This document shows, one piece after another, positions 28,268 through 38,493 of a DNA stretch of 64,000 bases. Numbering within the stretch: position 1 is the stretch's first letter; each line of letters starts with the position of its first letter. The notes beneath the pieces were generated by a model that was not told the origin of the DNA, searched no databases, and worked only from the letters and a program-made list of their open reading frames with translations. This DNA comes from a virus. Its lineage: Duplodnaviria; Caudoviricetes. Both the position numbers and the translations under genes were made by a program. The stretch covers positions 1-64,000 of IMG/VR virus record IMGVR_UViG_3300038530_003247; one strand, 5' to 3'.

Positions 28268-28820
28268 AAAGCCAATTTTTGGCCAACCAGAAAACAGAAA
28301 CTTCCTTTCACCAACAGGGTTTACCTTTATGGTGAACCGAGCACCTCACCTGCAATTCTTTGGAAGGAAGGTAAATGTCCCTTCAATCAGTCATGATTAT
28401 GTTGTTCAGGAAAACTACCTAAGAGGAATTCCCCTTCCTGGAACTCGGTTGGAATTTGAAGATCTTAGTGTTGAGTTTCTGGTCGATGAGGATCTACAGA
28501 ACTATATGGAGATCCATAAGTGGTTATATGGAATTGGATTTCCAGATAGCCTTAAACAGATTTACGATTGGCAGAATGATCCTGATTCACCAATGGAACA
28601 GTCAGAAAGATCTCAACTGAACTTATACTCTGATGGAACGATGAACATCAACAACTCATCAAACATCCCATCATTCAAAGTCAAGTTCCAGAACTTGTTT
28701 CCCATAAGTCTCACAACTCTTGATTTTGACGCATCACTAACTGACTTGGATTATATGAAAGCGGTTGCCACATTCAAATATACCTATTATACTATTGAAG
28801 AGATTACTTCCTGTTGTTAA
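28257..28820 (+). CDS. g3: Tail completion / sheath stabiliser
   Basis: NRNFLSPTGF and FLVDEDLQNY motifs; precedes uvsY. Confidence 0.88.
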   Translation: MATRKPIFGQPENRNFLSPTGFTFMVNRAPHLQFFGRKVNVPSISHDYVVQENYLRGIPLPGTRLEFEDLSVEFLVDEDLQNYMEIHKWLYGIGFPDSLKQIYDWQNDPDSPMEQSERSQLNLYSDGTMNINNSSNIPSFKVKFQNLFPISLTTLDFDASLTDLDYMKAVATFKYTYYTIEEITSCC

Positions 28821-29254
28821 TGATTGATCTTGAGACTCTACAGAATATGTGGAAGAATGACACCAAGATCGATCGTGACAACCTGCATGAAGAATCTCTC
28901 AACACTCCAACACTTCATGCAAAATACTTTGAAGTGTATAACAATGTCTCTCTGCTGAGAGCAAAGGCAGAGAAGAGAAGGTCTGCCATTTACCACAGCA
29001 GATACGAATATTACACAGGGAAGGCAGACCCAGAAGTCTACATTGAGAACCCATTCCCAAAGAAGATTAGAGATAAGGAAACTCTGGCAAAGTATCTGGA
29101 AGCAGATGAGGAACTCTCAACAGCAAAGTTGAAGGTGACTTATTATGACACAATGTTGAACTTTCTTGAAGACATCATCAAACAACTTCACCAGAGAAAC
29201 TACCAAATCAAGAACGCCATTGATTATATGAAATTCCAGAGTGGACTTGGGTAA
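28820..29254 (+). CDS. uvsY: Recombination mediator
   Basis: YYTGKA and RNYQIKNAI motifs; synteny. Confidence 0.9.
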   Translation: MIDLETLQNMWKNDTKIDRDNLHEESLNTPTLHAKYFEVYNNVSLLRAKAEKRRSAIYHSRYEYYTGKADPEVYIENPFPKKIRDKETLAKYLEADEELSTAKLKVTYYDTMLNFLEDIIKQLHQRNYQIKNAIDYMKFQSGLG

Positions 29255-29284
29255 CTAAATAACTGAAGGTGAAATCCTTCATGA

Positions 29285-30751
29285 ATGGTTATCATTGAAA
29301 AGATTAATGAGGTGTTTCTTCGCTTGGAGATCTCCGAACCTCATATTGAAATGGAGATAAGAGAAAGATTTACTTTCGAAGTTGAGAACATGAAGTTCAT
29401 GCCTCAATTCCGTAAGAGAAACTGGAATGGCGAAATCCACCTCTTCGACAGCAGAAAGAAAACTCTTTATGTTGGGTTGTTAGATAAACTGGTTGCGTTC
29501 CTGGACAATCGAGGCTACTCTTATCAATTCAAGAATAACAAGTTTTATGGTCTTCCCTTCGAAGTCAATGAGATGATATCTCAGGAAGGTGTGAGGGACT
29601 TCATGAATGCCATTGCCCCTGAGATTAAACCAAGGGATTATCAGATTGATGCGGTTTATGGTGCTCTGAGATTCAATAGAAAACTCATTCTCTCACCAAC
29701 AGGATCTGGTAAGTCTTTGATGATTTACTCTGTTGTTAGATTTCATGTTGGTCTGAAAAGAAAGGTTCTCCTGGTGGTTCCTACAACATCTCTTGTGGAA
29801 CAGATGTTCAAAGACTTTGAAAGTTATGGATGGAACTCCAGCAATCATTGTCACAGGATTTATCAGGGAAGAGAAAGAACCAATGTAAATGAGGTGACCA
29901 TCACCACTTGGCAGTCTGTCTATAAAGAAGACAGAAGTTTCTTTGAACCTTACGATGTCATCATCGGAGACGAGGCGCACCTTTTCAAGAGCAAGTCTCT
30001 TATCTCCATCATGACCAAGTTACACCACGCCAAACACCGTTATGGGTTCACAGGAACCTTAGATGGGACACAGACCCATAAGTGGGTGTTAGAGGGGTTG
30101 TTTGGACCCTCTTACAAGGTCACACAGACCAAGAAGTTACAGGATGAGGGACACCTTGCAACCTTGGACATTCAATGTATTGTTCTAAAACACACTCCCA
30201 AGACATTTGATGCCTTTGAGGATGAAGTTCAGTTCATCATTGGACACACCAAAAGAAGTAAGTTCATCTCTAACTTAGCACTCGACCTGAGTGGAAACAC
30301 ACTAGTTCTCTTCTCAAGAGTTGAAAGTCATGGTGCCATTCTTTATGAGATGATAAATAATAAAGCCAAGGAAGGAAGAAAAGTTTTCTTCATTCATGGT
30401 GGAGTTGATGCAGAAGACAGAGAAAAAGTTAGAAAGATTACGGAGACAGAGAACGACGCTATCATTGTCGCCTCTTATGGGACTTTCTCAACAGGCATCA
30501 ACATTAAGAACCTTCACAACGTGATATTTGCCTCTCCATCAAAGAGTAGGATTAGAAACCTACAATCTATTGGTAGAGTCCTTAGAAAAGGCAATAACAA
30601 AGTCAAAGCAAAACTATTTGACATTGCTGATGACTGCACTAAAGGATATAGAAAGAACTACACTCTCAACCACTTCATTGAAAGAATCAAGATTTATGTA
30701 TCTGAAGAGTTCAATTACGACATTACAACCGTTGATATGAAGGACGACTAG
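29285..30751 (+). CDS. uvsW: SF2 DNA helicase
   Basis: PTGSGKS, DEAH and QSIGRVLR motifs. Confidence 0.95.
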   Translation: MVIIEKINEVFLRLEISEPHIEMEIRERFTFEVENMKFMPQFRKRNWNGEIHLFDSRKKTLYVGLLDKLVAFLDNRGYSYQFKNNKFYGLPFEVNEMISQEGVRDFMNAIAPEIKPRDYQIDAVYGALRFNRKLILSPTGSGKSLMIYSVVRFHVGLKRKVLLVVPTTSLVEQMFKDFESYGWNSSNHCHRIYQGRERTNVNEVTITTWQSVYKEDRSFFEPYDVIIGDEAHLFKSKSLISIMTKLHHAKHRYGFTGTLDGTQTHKWVLEGLFGPSYKVTQTKKLQDEGHLATLDIQCIVLKHTPKTFDAFEDEVQFIIGHTKRSKFISNLALDLSGNTLVLFSRVESHGAILYEMINNKAKEGRKVFFIHGGVDAEDREKVRKITETENDAIIVASYGTFSTGINIKNLHNVIFASPSKSRIRNLQSIGRVLRKGNNKVKAKLFDIADDCTKGYRKNYTLNHFIERIKIYVSEEFNYDITTVDMKDD

Positions 30752-30766
30752 AAAAGGAGTAAGCCT

Positions 30767-31168
30767 ATGATCGAAGATGATTTCTACGCCACAATCAAGT
30801 TTAAGTCTGGTGAGGAGATCTTTAGTAAAGTTGCAGCTGCAGAGGAAGGGGACAGAACTCTTCTGATTTTATCTCATCCAACAATAATTGATTTGATTAC
30901 TGTCAGAGGAAAACAAGCTGGTTATAAGATGGAAGCTTGGTTGAAAAGTACCAGTGATGATATGTTTATTGTTGATATGGATGAGGTCATGACCATCTCT
31001 GAATCAACAGATATTGAGATGATTGTTTATTATCAAGAATTCGTAAGAAGATCTTCTAAAACAAACCACACCAACCTTGACCGGAGAATGGGTTACATCT
31101 CCACTGTAAATGAAGCTAAAGCGTCCTTAGAGAAGATCTTTGAGCTTGAATCGGATAAACCTGCTTAA
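30767..31168 (+). CDS. Hypothetical protein, possibly Sm-like
   Basis: IKFKSGEEI N-terminus; lies between uvsW and g55. Confidence 0.65.
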   Translation: MIEDDFYATIKFKSGEEIFSKVAAAEEGDRTLLILSHPTIIDLITVRGKQAGYKMEAWLKSTSDDMFIVDMDEVMTISESTDIEMIVYYQEFVRRSSKTNHTNLDRRMGYISTVNEAKASLEKIFELESDKPA

Positions 31169-31241
31169 AGCATTCTTGGCCCCTTTATCCAGACAAAAGT
31201 ATTCTAACAAAACAAAAGAACCCTTGTAAAGTTCTTCCCTT

Positions 31242-31270
31242 TTGACATGAAGGTCCAATTGGGTTATCCT
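31242..31270 (+). promoter_or_regulatory. Early promoter of g55
   Basis: TTGACA-17 nt-TATCCT. Confidence 0.7.
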
Positions 31271-31291
31271 TTATTGAGATGAAGGAAACAT

Positions 31292-31825
31292 ATGGTTATT
31301 TCGACTTACGGTACTATGGCAAAGTCCAAGGCAAAAGAACATTACATCAATAACAAGGATTTCTTGGATGCCTTGGAGAATTACTTTGCTCTTGTTGAAC
31401 GAGAAGCGGAGAAGAATGGAATCGCAAAAGAGTGCATTAAAGATTGGAAAGAGAAACCACCCATTCCTCGTTACATCGGAGAATGTTTCCTAAAGATGGC
31501 AAACCGATTGTCATTCAAACCAAACTTTGTGAACTACATGTTCAAGGATGACATGATCTGTGACGGCATTGAAAACTGTGTCCGTTACATGCACAACTTT
31601 GATTCTGAGAAATCCAAGAATCCATTTGCTTACTTCACTCAAATCATTTACTTTGCCTTCCTTCGTCGAATCTCGATGGAGAAGAAACAACTTGAAATCA
31701 AGAATAAGATTCTGGAGAAGACTGACTTTGATGAAGTCTTCGATGCCAATGAGCTTGACAGTAATAACTGGAGTGACTACAATAGTATCAAGGATGCCGT
31801 TCACAACAAGTTGCGTTATCAATGA
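31292..31825 (+). CDS. g55: Late-transcription sigma factor
   Basis: HYINNKDF, PNFVNY and NPFAYFTQI motifs. Confidence 0.95.
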   Translation: MVISTYGTMAKSKAKEHYINNKDFLDALENYFALVEREAEKNGIAKECIKDWKEKPPIPRYIGECFLKMANRLSFKPNFVNYMFKDDMICDGIENCVRYMHNFDSEKSKNPFAYFTQIIYFAFLRRISMEKKQLEIKNKILEKTDFDEVFDANELDSNNWSDYNSIKDAVHNKLRYQ

Positions 31826-32862
31826 AGGTTGCAATTATAACGGACACTCATTATGGTGCTCGTAAGAACTCTAAATTATTTCATGATTACTTTGAGAAGT
31901 TCTATAATGATATCTTCTTCCCAAAACTTGAAGAAGAGGAAATCACCACAGTAATTCACATGGGTGATTGCTTTGATTCCAGAAAGGGTGTAGACTTCAC
32001 AGCACTCGCCTGGGCCAAGAGAGTTGTCTTCGATCCTCTCAAAGAGAAGGGGATTACGATGCACCTTATGGCTGGTAATCATGATTGTTACTACAAGAAT
32101 ACTAATTCTGTAACATCAGTCGACCTTCTTTTGAGTGAGTACGAAAATGTCAAAGTTTACACGGAAGCAACTGAAGTCAATCTGGAAGGAAGGGACATTC
32201 TTTTCATCCCCTGGATCAACTCCGAAAATGAAAATGACGCTCTCAGCAAGATTAAGAATAGCACTAGCGAGTGCGCGATGGGGCACCTTGAGCTCAAAGG
32301 ATTTAGAGCTCATCGAGGCTGCATCATGGAAGATGGTCTTGATGGCTCCGTCTTTGAGAAGTTCAGGGTGGTCTACTCGGGGCACTTTCACACTCGATCG
32401 GATGATTCTCGAATCTTCTATCTCGGGAACCCCTACGAAATGTTCGCCAACGATGTACTCGATAAGCGTGGTTTTCACATCTTTGAAACAGAAACTCTTC
32501 AGAAAACGGAAGTAAATAATCCTTACAGGATGTTCTATAACATCTACTTTGAGGATAGTGATTACCAACTTCTTGACACTTCAGAACTTTCTGATAAGAT
32601 TGTCAAGGTGATTGTTCGTAAGAAGACAAACATTCAGAAGTTTGAGAAGTTTATTGATAAGATCTTTTCAGCTGGACCTGCTGAAATGAAGGTTGTTGAG
32701 AACTTCCAGTTGATTGAAGCAGAGGACTTCGAAGCAGAGGAATCGGAGGACACCATGTCTATTCTGGCTCGTTATGTTGCCGAGTCTGAAACTGAACTCG
32801 ACAAGGGTGTAATTCAGAATCTTATCCGAGAGGTCTACCAAGAAGCATGTGAGGTAATCTGA
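31822..32862 (+). CDS. g47: Recombination endonuclease subunit (Mre11/SbcD-like)
   Basis: TDTHYG, GDCFD, GNHD and SGHFH motifs. Confidence 0.95.
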   Translation: MKVAIITDTHYGARKNSKLFHDYFEKFYNDIFFPKLEEEEITTVIHMGDCFDSRKGVDFTALAWAKRVVFDPLKEKGITMHLMAGNHDCYYKNTNSVTSVDLLLSEYENVKVYTEATEVNLEGRDILFIPWINSENENDALSKIKNSTSECAMGHLELKGFRAHRGCIMEDGLDGSVFEKFRVVYSGHFHTRSDDSRIFYLGNPYEMFANDVLDKRGFHIFETETLQKTEVNNPYRMFYNIYFEDSDYQLLDTSELSDKIVKVIVRKKTNIQKFEKFIDKIFSAGPAEMKVVENFQLIEAEDFEAEESEDTMSILARYVAESETELDKGVIQNLIREVYQEACEVI

Positions 32863-33137
32863 TGTTCATCATCACTATTCAGGGACACGAAAAGGAAGGA
32901 GCTTACTCAGTCATCGATGAGGATGGTGAGGAGGTTTTGTATATCTTTGAAGAGGAAGATGATGCGATCCGTTATTCTCTTCAATTGGAGGAGATGGATT
33001 ATCCTAAGATGAAAGTGATGAGAGTTGAGAATGATATAATGGTGAAGACTTGTGAGATGCATGGACATCGTTATGCTGTAATCACAAAAAATGATATTGT
33101 AATTCCTCCTGAAATCCCACATGATCCTTTTTCATAA
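32862..33137 (+). CDS. Hypothetical protein
   Basis: Translationally coupled between g47 and g46. Confidence 0.7.
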   Translation: MFIITIQGHEKEGAYSVIDEDGEEVLYIFEEEDDAIRYSLQLEEMDYPKMKVMRVENDIMVKTCEMHGHRYAVITKNDIVIPPEIPHDPFS

Positions 33138-34833
33138 TGTATCCTGGCGTAACTTTCTGAGCACAGGTAACACACCTTCAACGGTTCAGTTGGACAGCCA
33201 TCCAACCACTATGATCATGGGATCCAACGGGGCTGGTAAGTCTACAATTCTTGATGCACTTTGCTTTTCACTTTATGGGAAAGCATTCCGTAAGATCAAT
33301 AAACCACAACTTGTGAATTCCGTCAATGAGAAAGGTTGTTTGGTGACAATTGAGTTCTCTGTGAATGAAACTCAATGGAAAGTTGAGAGAGGAATTAAAC
33401 CAAACATCTTCAAGGTCTACAGAGACGGGAAAGAACTTGATCAGAAAGCAAATATTGCTGATCAACAGAAGTGGTTGGAACAAACTGTTCTGAAGATGAA
33501 TTATAAGAGTTTCACACAGATTGTGATTCTTGGATCTTCGACCTTTGTTCCTTTCATGCAACTTCCTATCAACTCTCGGAGAGAAGTTGTGGAGGACTTA
33601 TTGGATATCAAGATCTTCTCCTCAATGAATGTGGTCATTAAGGAAAAGATTCGAAACATCAAATCAGAAATCAAAACTCTTGAACTCAGAAAGGAGTCTT
33701 TGATCGATAAAGTTTCAATGCAAGAAGAATTCATTCGACAGATTGAACAGGACAGTAAGGAACTTATTGATGGTAAGTTGGCTAAGATCAGAGTCCTGGA
33801 ACAGGAGTCAGATGTAAAACTTGAAGAGAATAATCGACTGAACGGTGAGGTCAATAATCTCCGTGATGAGATGGTAAAGTTTGAAGGAGCGAGTGACGCA
33901 CTGAGGAAATATGGCACAATCAAAGGTAAACTCTCTCAGAAGATTTCTGCAATCGTTGAGGAACATAAGTTCTTCACAGAGAATACTGTTTGTCCCACCT
34001 GTGAACAGGATATAGAAGAGTCATTTCGTGTAAATAGAATTGGAGACTCTCAAAATAAGGCAAAGGAATTGCAGAAAGGGTTCGAAGAACTCAAGCTGGC
34101 AATCGAAAAAGAAGAACAAAGAGAGTCCAACCACAAGTCGATTTCACTGGAGGTTACTTCACTTCTTAATGGCATTTCTAAGAACCATACTCAAATCTCT
34201 TCATGTCAGAAACAAATCCGAGATCTTGAATCTGAAATTCAAACAATTAACGACAGATCAGAAGATAGAAATTCTGAACATGACAAGTTAGAGTCCTTTA
34301 GAAGGAGTCTCCAAGAGACTTACGAGGAACTCGGTAACCGGAGGGAGAGTGTTTCTTATCACGACTTCACCTACAGTCTTCTAAAAGACGGGGGAGTAAA
34401 ATCTAAGATCATCAAGAAGTACCTTCCTCTTATCAACCAGCAGGTTAACAAGTACCTGCAACGAATGGATTTTTACATCAACTTTAAACTGGATCAAGAG
34501 TTTAACGAGAAGATTGAAACTCCAATTCATGAAGACTTTACTTATGCTTCTTTCTCGGAGGGAGAGAAGGCAAGAATTGACCTTGCTCTGATTCTTGCCT
34601 GGAGAGAAGTAGCAAGGTTCAAGAACTCAGTCAATACCAATCTGATTTTGTTTGATGAGGTGTTCGATTCCTCACTCGATTCTGCTGGTTCTGAAGAGTT
34701 GATGAAGATTCTTCGTTATGTGATCAAGGATGCAAACGTCTTTGTTATCACGCATAAGACTGAAAACAGTGACAAGTTCTCAAGAGTTCTTGAGTTTGTC
34801 AAAGAAAAAGGTTTCTCTCGTGTAGTTTCTTGA
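33121..34833 (+). CDS. g46: Recombination ATPase subunit (Rad50/SbcC-like)
   Basis: GSNGAGKS, CPTC zinc hook, FSEGE and LFDEVFD motifs. Confidence 0.96.
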   Translation: MILFHNVSWRNFLSTGNTPSTVQLDSHPTTMIMGSNGAGKSTILDALCFSLYGKAFRKINKPQLVNSVNEKGCLVTIEFSVNETQWKVERGIKPNIFKVYRDGKELDQKANIADQQKWLEQTVLKMNYKSFTQIVILGSSTFVPFMQLPINSRREVVEDLLDIKIFSSMNVVIKEKIRNIKSEIKTLELRKESLIDKVSMQEEFIRQIEQDSKELIDGKLAKIRVLEQESDVKLEENNRLNGEVNNLRDEMVKFEGASDALRKYGTIKGKLSQKISAIVEEHKFFTENTVCPTCEQDIEESFRVNRIGDSQNKAKELQKGFEELKLAIEKEEQRESNHKSISLEVTSLLNGISKNHTQISSCQKQIRDLESEIQTINDRSEDRNSEHDKLESFRRSLQETYEELGNRRESVSYHDFTYSLLKDGGVKSKIIKKYLPLINQQVNKYLQRMDFYINFKLDQEFNEKIETPIHEDFTYASFSEGEKARIDLALILAWREVARFKNSVNTNLILFDEVFDSSLDSAGSEELMKILRYVIKDANVFVITHKTENSDKFSRVLEFVKEKGFSRVVS

Positions 34834-34921
34834 TGTTGTGTTTACCTTTGTGTATTTTTTACAAATGTTAGTAAATTAACACAAACTTCACTAAATAATG
34901 ACGTTGTTAGGAATTCACTGA

Positions 34922-35095
34922 ATGATTTGGGACTTACTTTGGAAAGTAAAGAAATTTGATTCTTCCGAACAAATCGTGGATGTTATCCAAGATACACAAG
35001 ACGATCAATTATCTAATTACTACCAATGTATAGTTGAGTGTGACCTGGAGCAACATGTTTGTAAACGGAGGTGTAAACATCTTCTTCTTACTTAG
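34922..35095 (+). CDS. Small four-cysteine protein (57 aa, CX3CX6CX3C)
   Basis: Translated by hand: ...YYQCIVECDLEQHVCKRRCKHLLLT; TAAATA at 34892. Confidence 0.6.
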   Translation: MIWDLLWKVKKFDSSEQIVDVIQDTQDDQLSNYYQCIVECDLEQHVCKRRCKHLLLT

Positions 35096-35185
35096 TTTTA
35101 TTTTTCCCCAAGGAGGACAAAACCGAGTGCCCCGTCGAGAGGTGGGGATGGTGACTGAAATGCTAAATTGAGTTACAAGGCGCCG

Positions 35186-35211
35186 AACCACCCCCCTTGG
35201 GGTGGTTTTTT
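35186..35211 (+). terminator. Intrinsic terminator
   Basis: AACCACCCC-CCTT-GGGGTGGTT followed by a T run. Confidence 0.8.
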
Positions 35212-35243
35212 ATGTTATGGTGTAACCACTGAAACGAACAACC

Positions 35244-37319
35244 ATGATCAACCTGGAAACCAAGGGAATTCTGGCTAAACTTCTGGCCACTGAGAACTTG
35301 GTGGTTGAGCACCAAAGCGTTGAGACTGCATGTTTCAACGTTGAGAACCGTGTTCTGACCCTCCCTAAGTGGGAGAAGGCATCCGAAGAGGTTTATGACC
35401 TTCTGGTGTGTCATGAAGTTGGTCATGCACTCTTCACCCCCAACACCGATTGGGAAACAGAAATTAAAGCAAGCCAATCTTACCTGAACGTTACTGAAGA
35501 TGCAAGGGTTGAGAAACTAATGAAACGTAAGTTTGGTGGGCTTCCAAAGACCTTCTTCAAAGGTTATCAAGAACTGTCTGAGCAGGACTTCTTTGACCTT
35601 GAGAATGAGGATATCGCCAAGATGAACTTAGTTGACCGTGTCAATCTTCACTTCAAGATTGGTCACTTCGTTGAGATTCCTTTTCACAACGATCGTGAAC
35701 TTGAGATTGTTGATCTCGTCTCCAAGTCTGAGACCTTTGAAGATGCTTTGAACGCAGCTGAGGTTCTTTACGAGTATTGTAAAGAGCAGAAGCAAGATAA
35801 GATTCAAGAACCAAAAGAAGCTCCTCAAGGTCAATCTGGATCTTCTCAAGAAGAATCTAAAGGTGGGACCTCTTCTCAATCACAATTTGAGAACAATGAA
35901 GATTCTGAGACAGAACAGGATGGTGAAGGTGAAAGTGATGACATTGAGGATGGAGAGTATGGTGACGATGAGGTGAAGACGGATAACGCTTTCACAGAGA
36001 ACGCCAAGAAGTTCATCAATAAGAACAAGTTTGGTAATAGTAAGTATTACGAACTTGGTGAACTCTACATGAACAACATTGTTATTTCAAACAAAGAGAT
36101 TCATCAAACCGCTGACTCCTGGTTCTCTGATTATGTGAACAACGAACTCTCTTTTACTGACAGTGAGTTCAACTTTTTCAAGAAGTCTGCACAATCTGAA
36201 GTCAACTTCTTGGTAAAAGAATTTGAGATGAAGAAGTCAGCTGACGAATATGCAAGAACTTCTGTCACCAAGACTGGTGTTCTTGATTGTTCTAAACTTC
36301 ACAGCTTCAAGTACAGTGAAGATCTTTTCAAGAAGATCAATGTTGTCCCTGATGGTAAGAACCATGGTCTGATCTTCATCCTTGATTGGTCTGGTTCGAT
36401 GGGCAATGTTCTCCTCCCCACTCTTAAGCAACTGTTCAATCTGATCTGGTTCTGTGACAAAGTTCAGATCCCATTTGATGTTTACGCTTTTACCAACTCT
36501 TACAGGTTTATCAATCGTTATGATCAAGATGCTGAACCGTGCAGTAAAGTCGTTGAAGGTAAGATTGCAATCACACCAGACTTCTCTCTAATGAACCTTC
36601 TTACAAGTAAAGTTCGTAAGAATGTTCTTGACAAACACATGAAGAACCTCTGGAGACTTGCTTATTCCTTCACCAGGGCTGTGAGATTCACTTTCCCTCC
36701 ACAACTTGGACTTTCTGGAACTCCTTTGAATGAGGCACTTATCTGTCTTCACAAACTGATCCCTCAGTTCAAGAAGGAAAATAATGTCCAGAAACTTCAC
36801 ACCATTGTCCTCACTGATGGTGAGGCACATTCCTTGTCTGTTTATGACAGGAGGTGGAATGATTATCGGAACAAGTGGGAAGTCACAACAAGTTACCTTA
36901 CTCATGGTGGTGATTATCTCCGTAATCGTAAGACCGGTTATACTTACAAATTGCCAAGTGTTTATGTTGAGTTCACCAAAGTTATTCTTGATGATCTTCG
37001 TCAAACATTTCCTGATATTAATCTGATTGGAATTCGTGTTTGTTCAACTCGTGACATTCGTAGAGTGAAGCAGATGTTTGGTGAGTGGTGTAGTGACACT
37101 GAAGTGAAAAATATTAGGAAAGAGAAATTTCACACAATGAAGAACACTGGTTACACCAGTTACTTTCTTATGGTTGACAGTGCACTTGAAACTGACACCA
37201 CATTTGATGTGAGTGTGGATGCCACAAAGACACAGATAAAGAGAGCGTTTATGAAAAGCCTCAAGGGTAAGGCACTAAATAAAAAAGTGCTAAGTCAGTT
37301 CATGGACCTGGTTTGTTAA
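35244..37319 (+). CDS. CobT-like protein: HExxH domain, acidic linker and vWA domain
   Basis: HEVGH; MIDAS-like motifs DWSGS, GTP and LTDG. Confidence 0.85.
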   Translation: MINLETKGILAKLLATENLVVEHQSVETACFNVENRVLTLPKWEKASEEVYDLLVCHEVGHALFTPNTDWETEIKASQSYLNVTEDARVEKLMKRKFGGLPKTFFKGYQELSEQDFFDLENEDIAKMNLVDRVNLHFKIGHFVEIPFHNDRELEIVDLVSKSETFEDALNAAEVLYEYCKEQKQDKIQEPKEAPQGQSGSSQEESKGGTSSQSQFENNEDSETEQDGEGESDDIEDGEYGDDEVKTDNAFTENAKKFINKNKFGNSKYYELGELYMNNIVISNKEIHQTADSWFSDYVNNELSFTDSEFNFFKKSAQSEVNFLVKEFEMKKSADEYARTSVTKTGVLDCSKLHSFKYSEDLFKKINVVPDGKNHGLIFILDWSGSMGNVLLPTLKQLFNLIWFCDKVQIPFDVYAFTNSYRFINRYDQDAEPCSKVVEGKIAITPDFSLMNLLTSKVRKNVLDKHMKNLWRLAYSFTRAVRFTFPPQLGLSGTPLNEALICLHKLIPQFKKENNVQKLHTIVLTDGEAHSLSVYDRRWNDYRNKWEVTTSYLTHGGDYLRNRKTGYTYKLPSVYVEFTKVILDDLRQTFPDINLIGIRVCSTRDIRRVKQMFGEWCSDTEVKNIRKEKFHTMKNTGYTSYFLMVDSALETDTTFDVSVDATKTQIKRAFMKSLKGKALNKKVLSQFMDLVC

Positions 37320-37397
37320 GGTTCGTTTCGATCCCCTCACATCCCTTGTTTTGGGGGTGAGGGGTGTTATGATATCTGTATTGAACAAACAACTCTC

Positions 37398-38468
37398 ATG
37401 TCCCTTTCCACTAAAACCGTTGTTGAGTCCCTCATGGAACTCTATGGTGAGAGTGTAACCACAGCTGATCTCAAGGGATATGCTGCCATGAATGGAACCA
37501 CTTATGTAACCCTGACTCGTAAGTTGGAAGAGTATAAGATTGGTCGTGGTAAGTGGAACCTCACCGTCAAACAAAAACTCGAAGAGACCTATAATGCTCT
37601 AGACGCAAAACCAGTGAGTGTTAAGAACCTGGTCCCAGAATGTGATCCAAACTATATTCCCTTTGGAAACTTCGCAGATGTTAAACGCATTATCAAGTCT
37701 GGTATTTTCTATCCTACTTTTGTTACAGGACTTTCTGGCAATGGTAAGACCCTCTCGATTGAGCAAGCATGTGCTCAACTCGGACGTGAGATTATTCGTG
37801 TTAACATTACAATCGAAACTGACGAAGACGATCTTATTGGTGGTTTCCGTCTTGTTGGTGGCGAAACTGTCTTTCATCGTGGCCCTGTCGTCGAAGCTCT
37901 TGAACGTGGAGCTGTTCTACTTCTAGACGAACTTGATCTCGCATCGAACAAGATCATGTGTCTCCAGTCCATCCTTGAGGGTAAGGGTGTTTACTTGAAG
38001 AAAGTCAATGAGATGGTCAAACCCGCTGATGGTTTCCAAATCTTCGCCACAGCAAACACCAAAGGTAAGGGATCTGAGGATGGTCGATTCATTGGAACTA
38101 ATGTTCTCAATGAGGCATTCCTTGAACGTTTTCCTGTCACCTTCGAGCAAGAGTATCCTACCCCTTCCACTGAAGCAAAGATTCTCTCTAAGATCTGTGC
38201 TGATACTCGATTTGTTTCTCACCTGGTTGATTGGGCTGACATTATCCGTAAGACATTCAATGATGGTGGTGTTGATGAGGTTATCTCAACCCGTCGTTTG
38301 GTTCACATCGTCAAGGCTTATTCAATCTTTGGTAACAAACAGAAAGCACTTGAAGTTTGTGTGAACCGATTTGATGATGAGACCAAACAAGCATTTATTG
38401 ATCTTTATGATAAGGTCGATGGTGACTTTGTGACTCAACAGATTGACACTTATCGGAATGAGGGTTAG
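37398..38468 (+). CDS. cobS: CobS/MoxR-like AAA+ ATPase
   Basis: GLSGNGKT, LLLDE, ATANT and NEAFLERF motifs. Confidence 0.9.
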   Translation: MSLSTKTVVESLMELYGESVTTADLKGYAAMNGTTYVTLTRKLEEYKIGRGKWNLTVKQKLEETYNALDAKPVSVKNLVPECDPNYIPFGNFADVKRIIKSGIFYPTFVTGLSGNGKTLSIEQACAQLGREIIRVNITIETDEDDLIGGFRLVGGETVFHRGPVVEALERGAVLLLDELDLASNKIMCLQSILEGKGVYLKKVNEMVKPADGFQIFATANTKGKGSEDGRFIGTNVLNEAFLERFPVTFEQEYPTPSTEAKILSKICADTRFVSHLVDWADIIRKTFNDGGVDEVISTRRLVHIVKAYSIFGNKQKALEVCVNRFDDETKQAFIDLYDKVDGDFVTQQIDTYRNEG

Positions 38469-38471
38469 GAT
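38443..38471 (+). promoter_or_regulatory. Early promoter
   Basis: TTGACA-17 nt-TAGGAT. Confidence 0.7.
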
Positions 38472-38493
38472 TAAACTAACTAAGTGAAATTTT

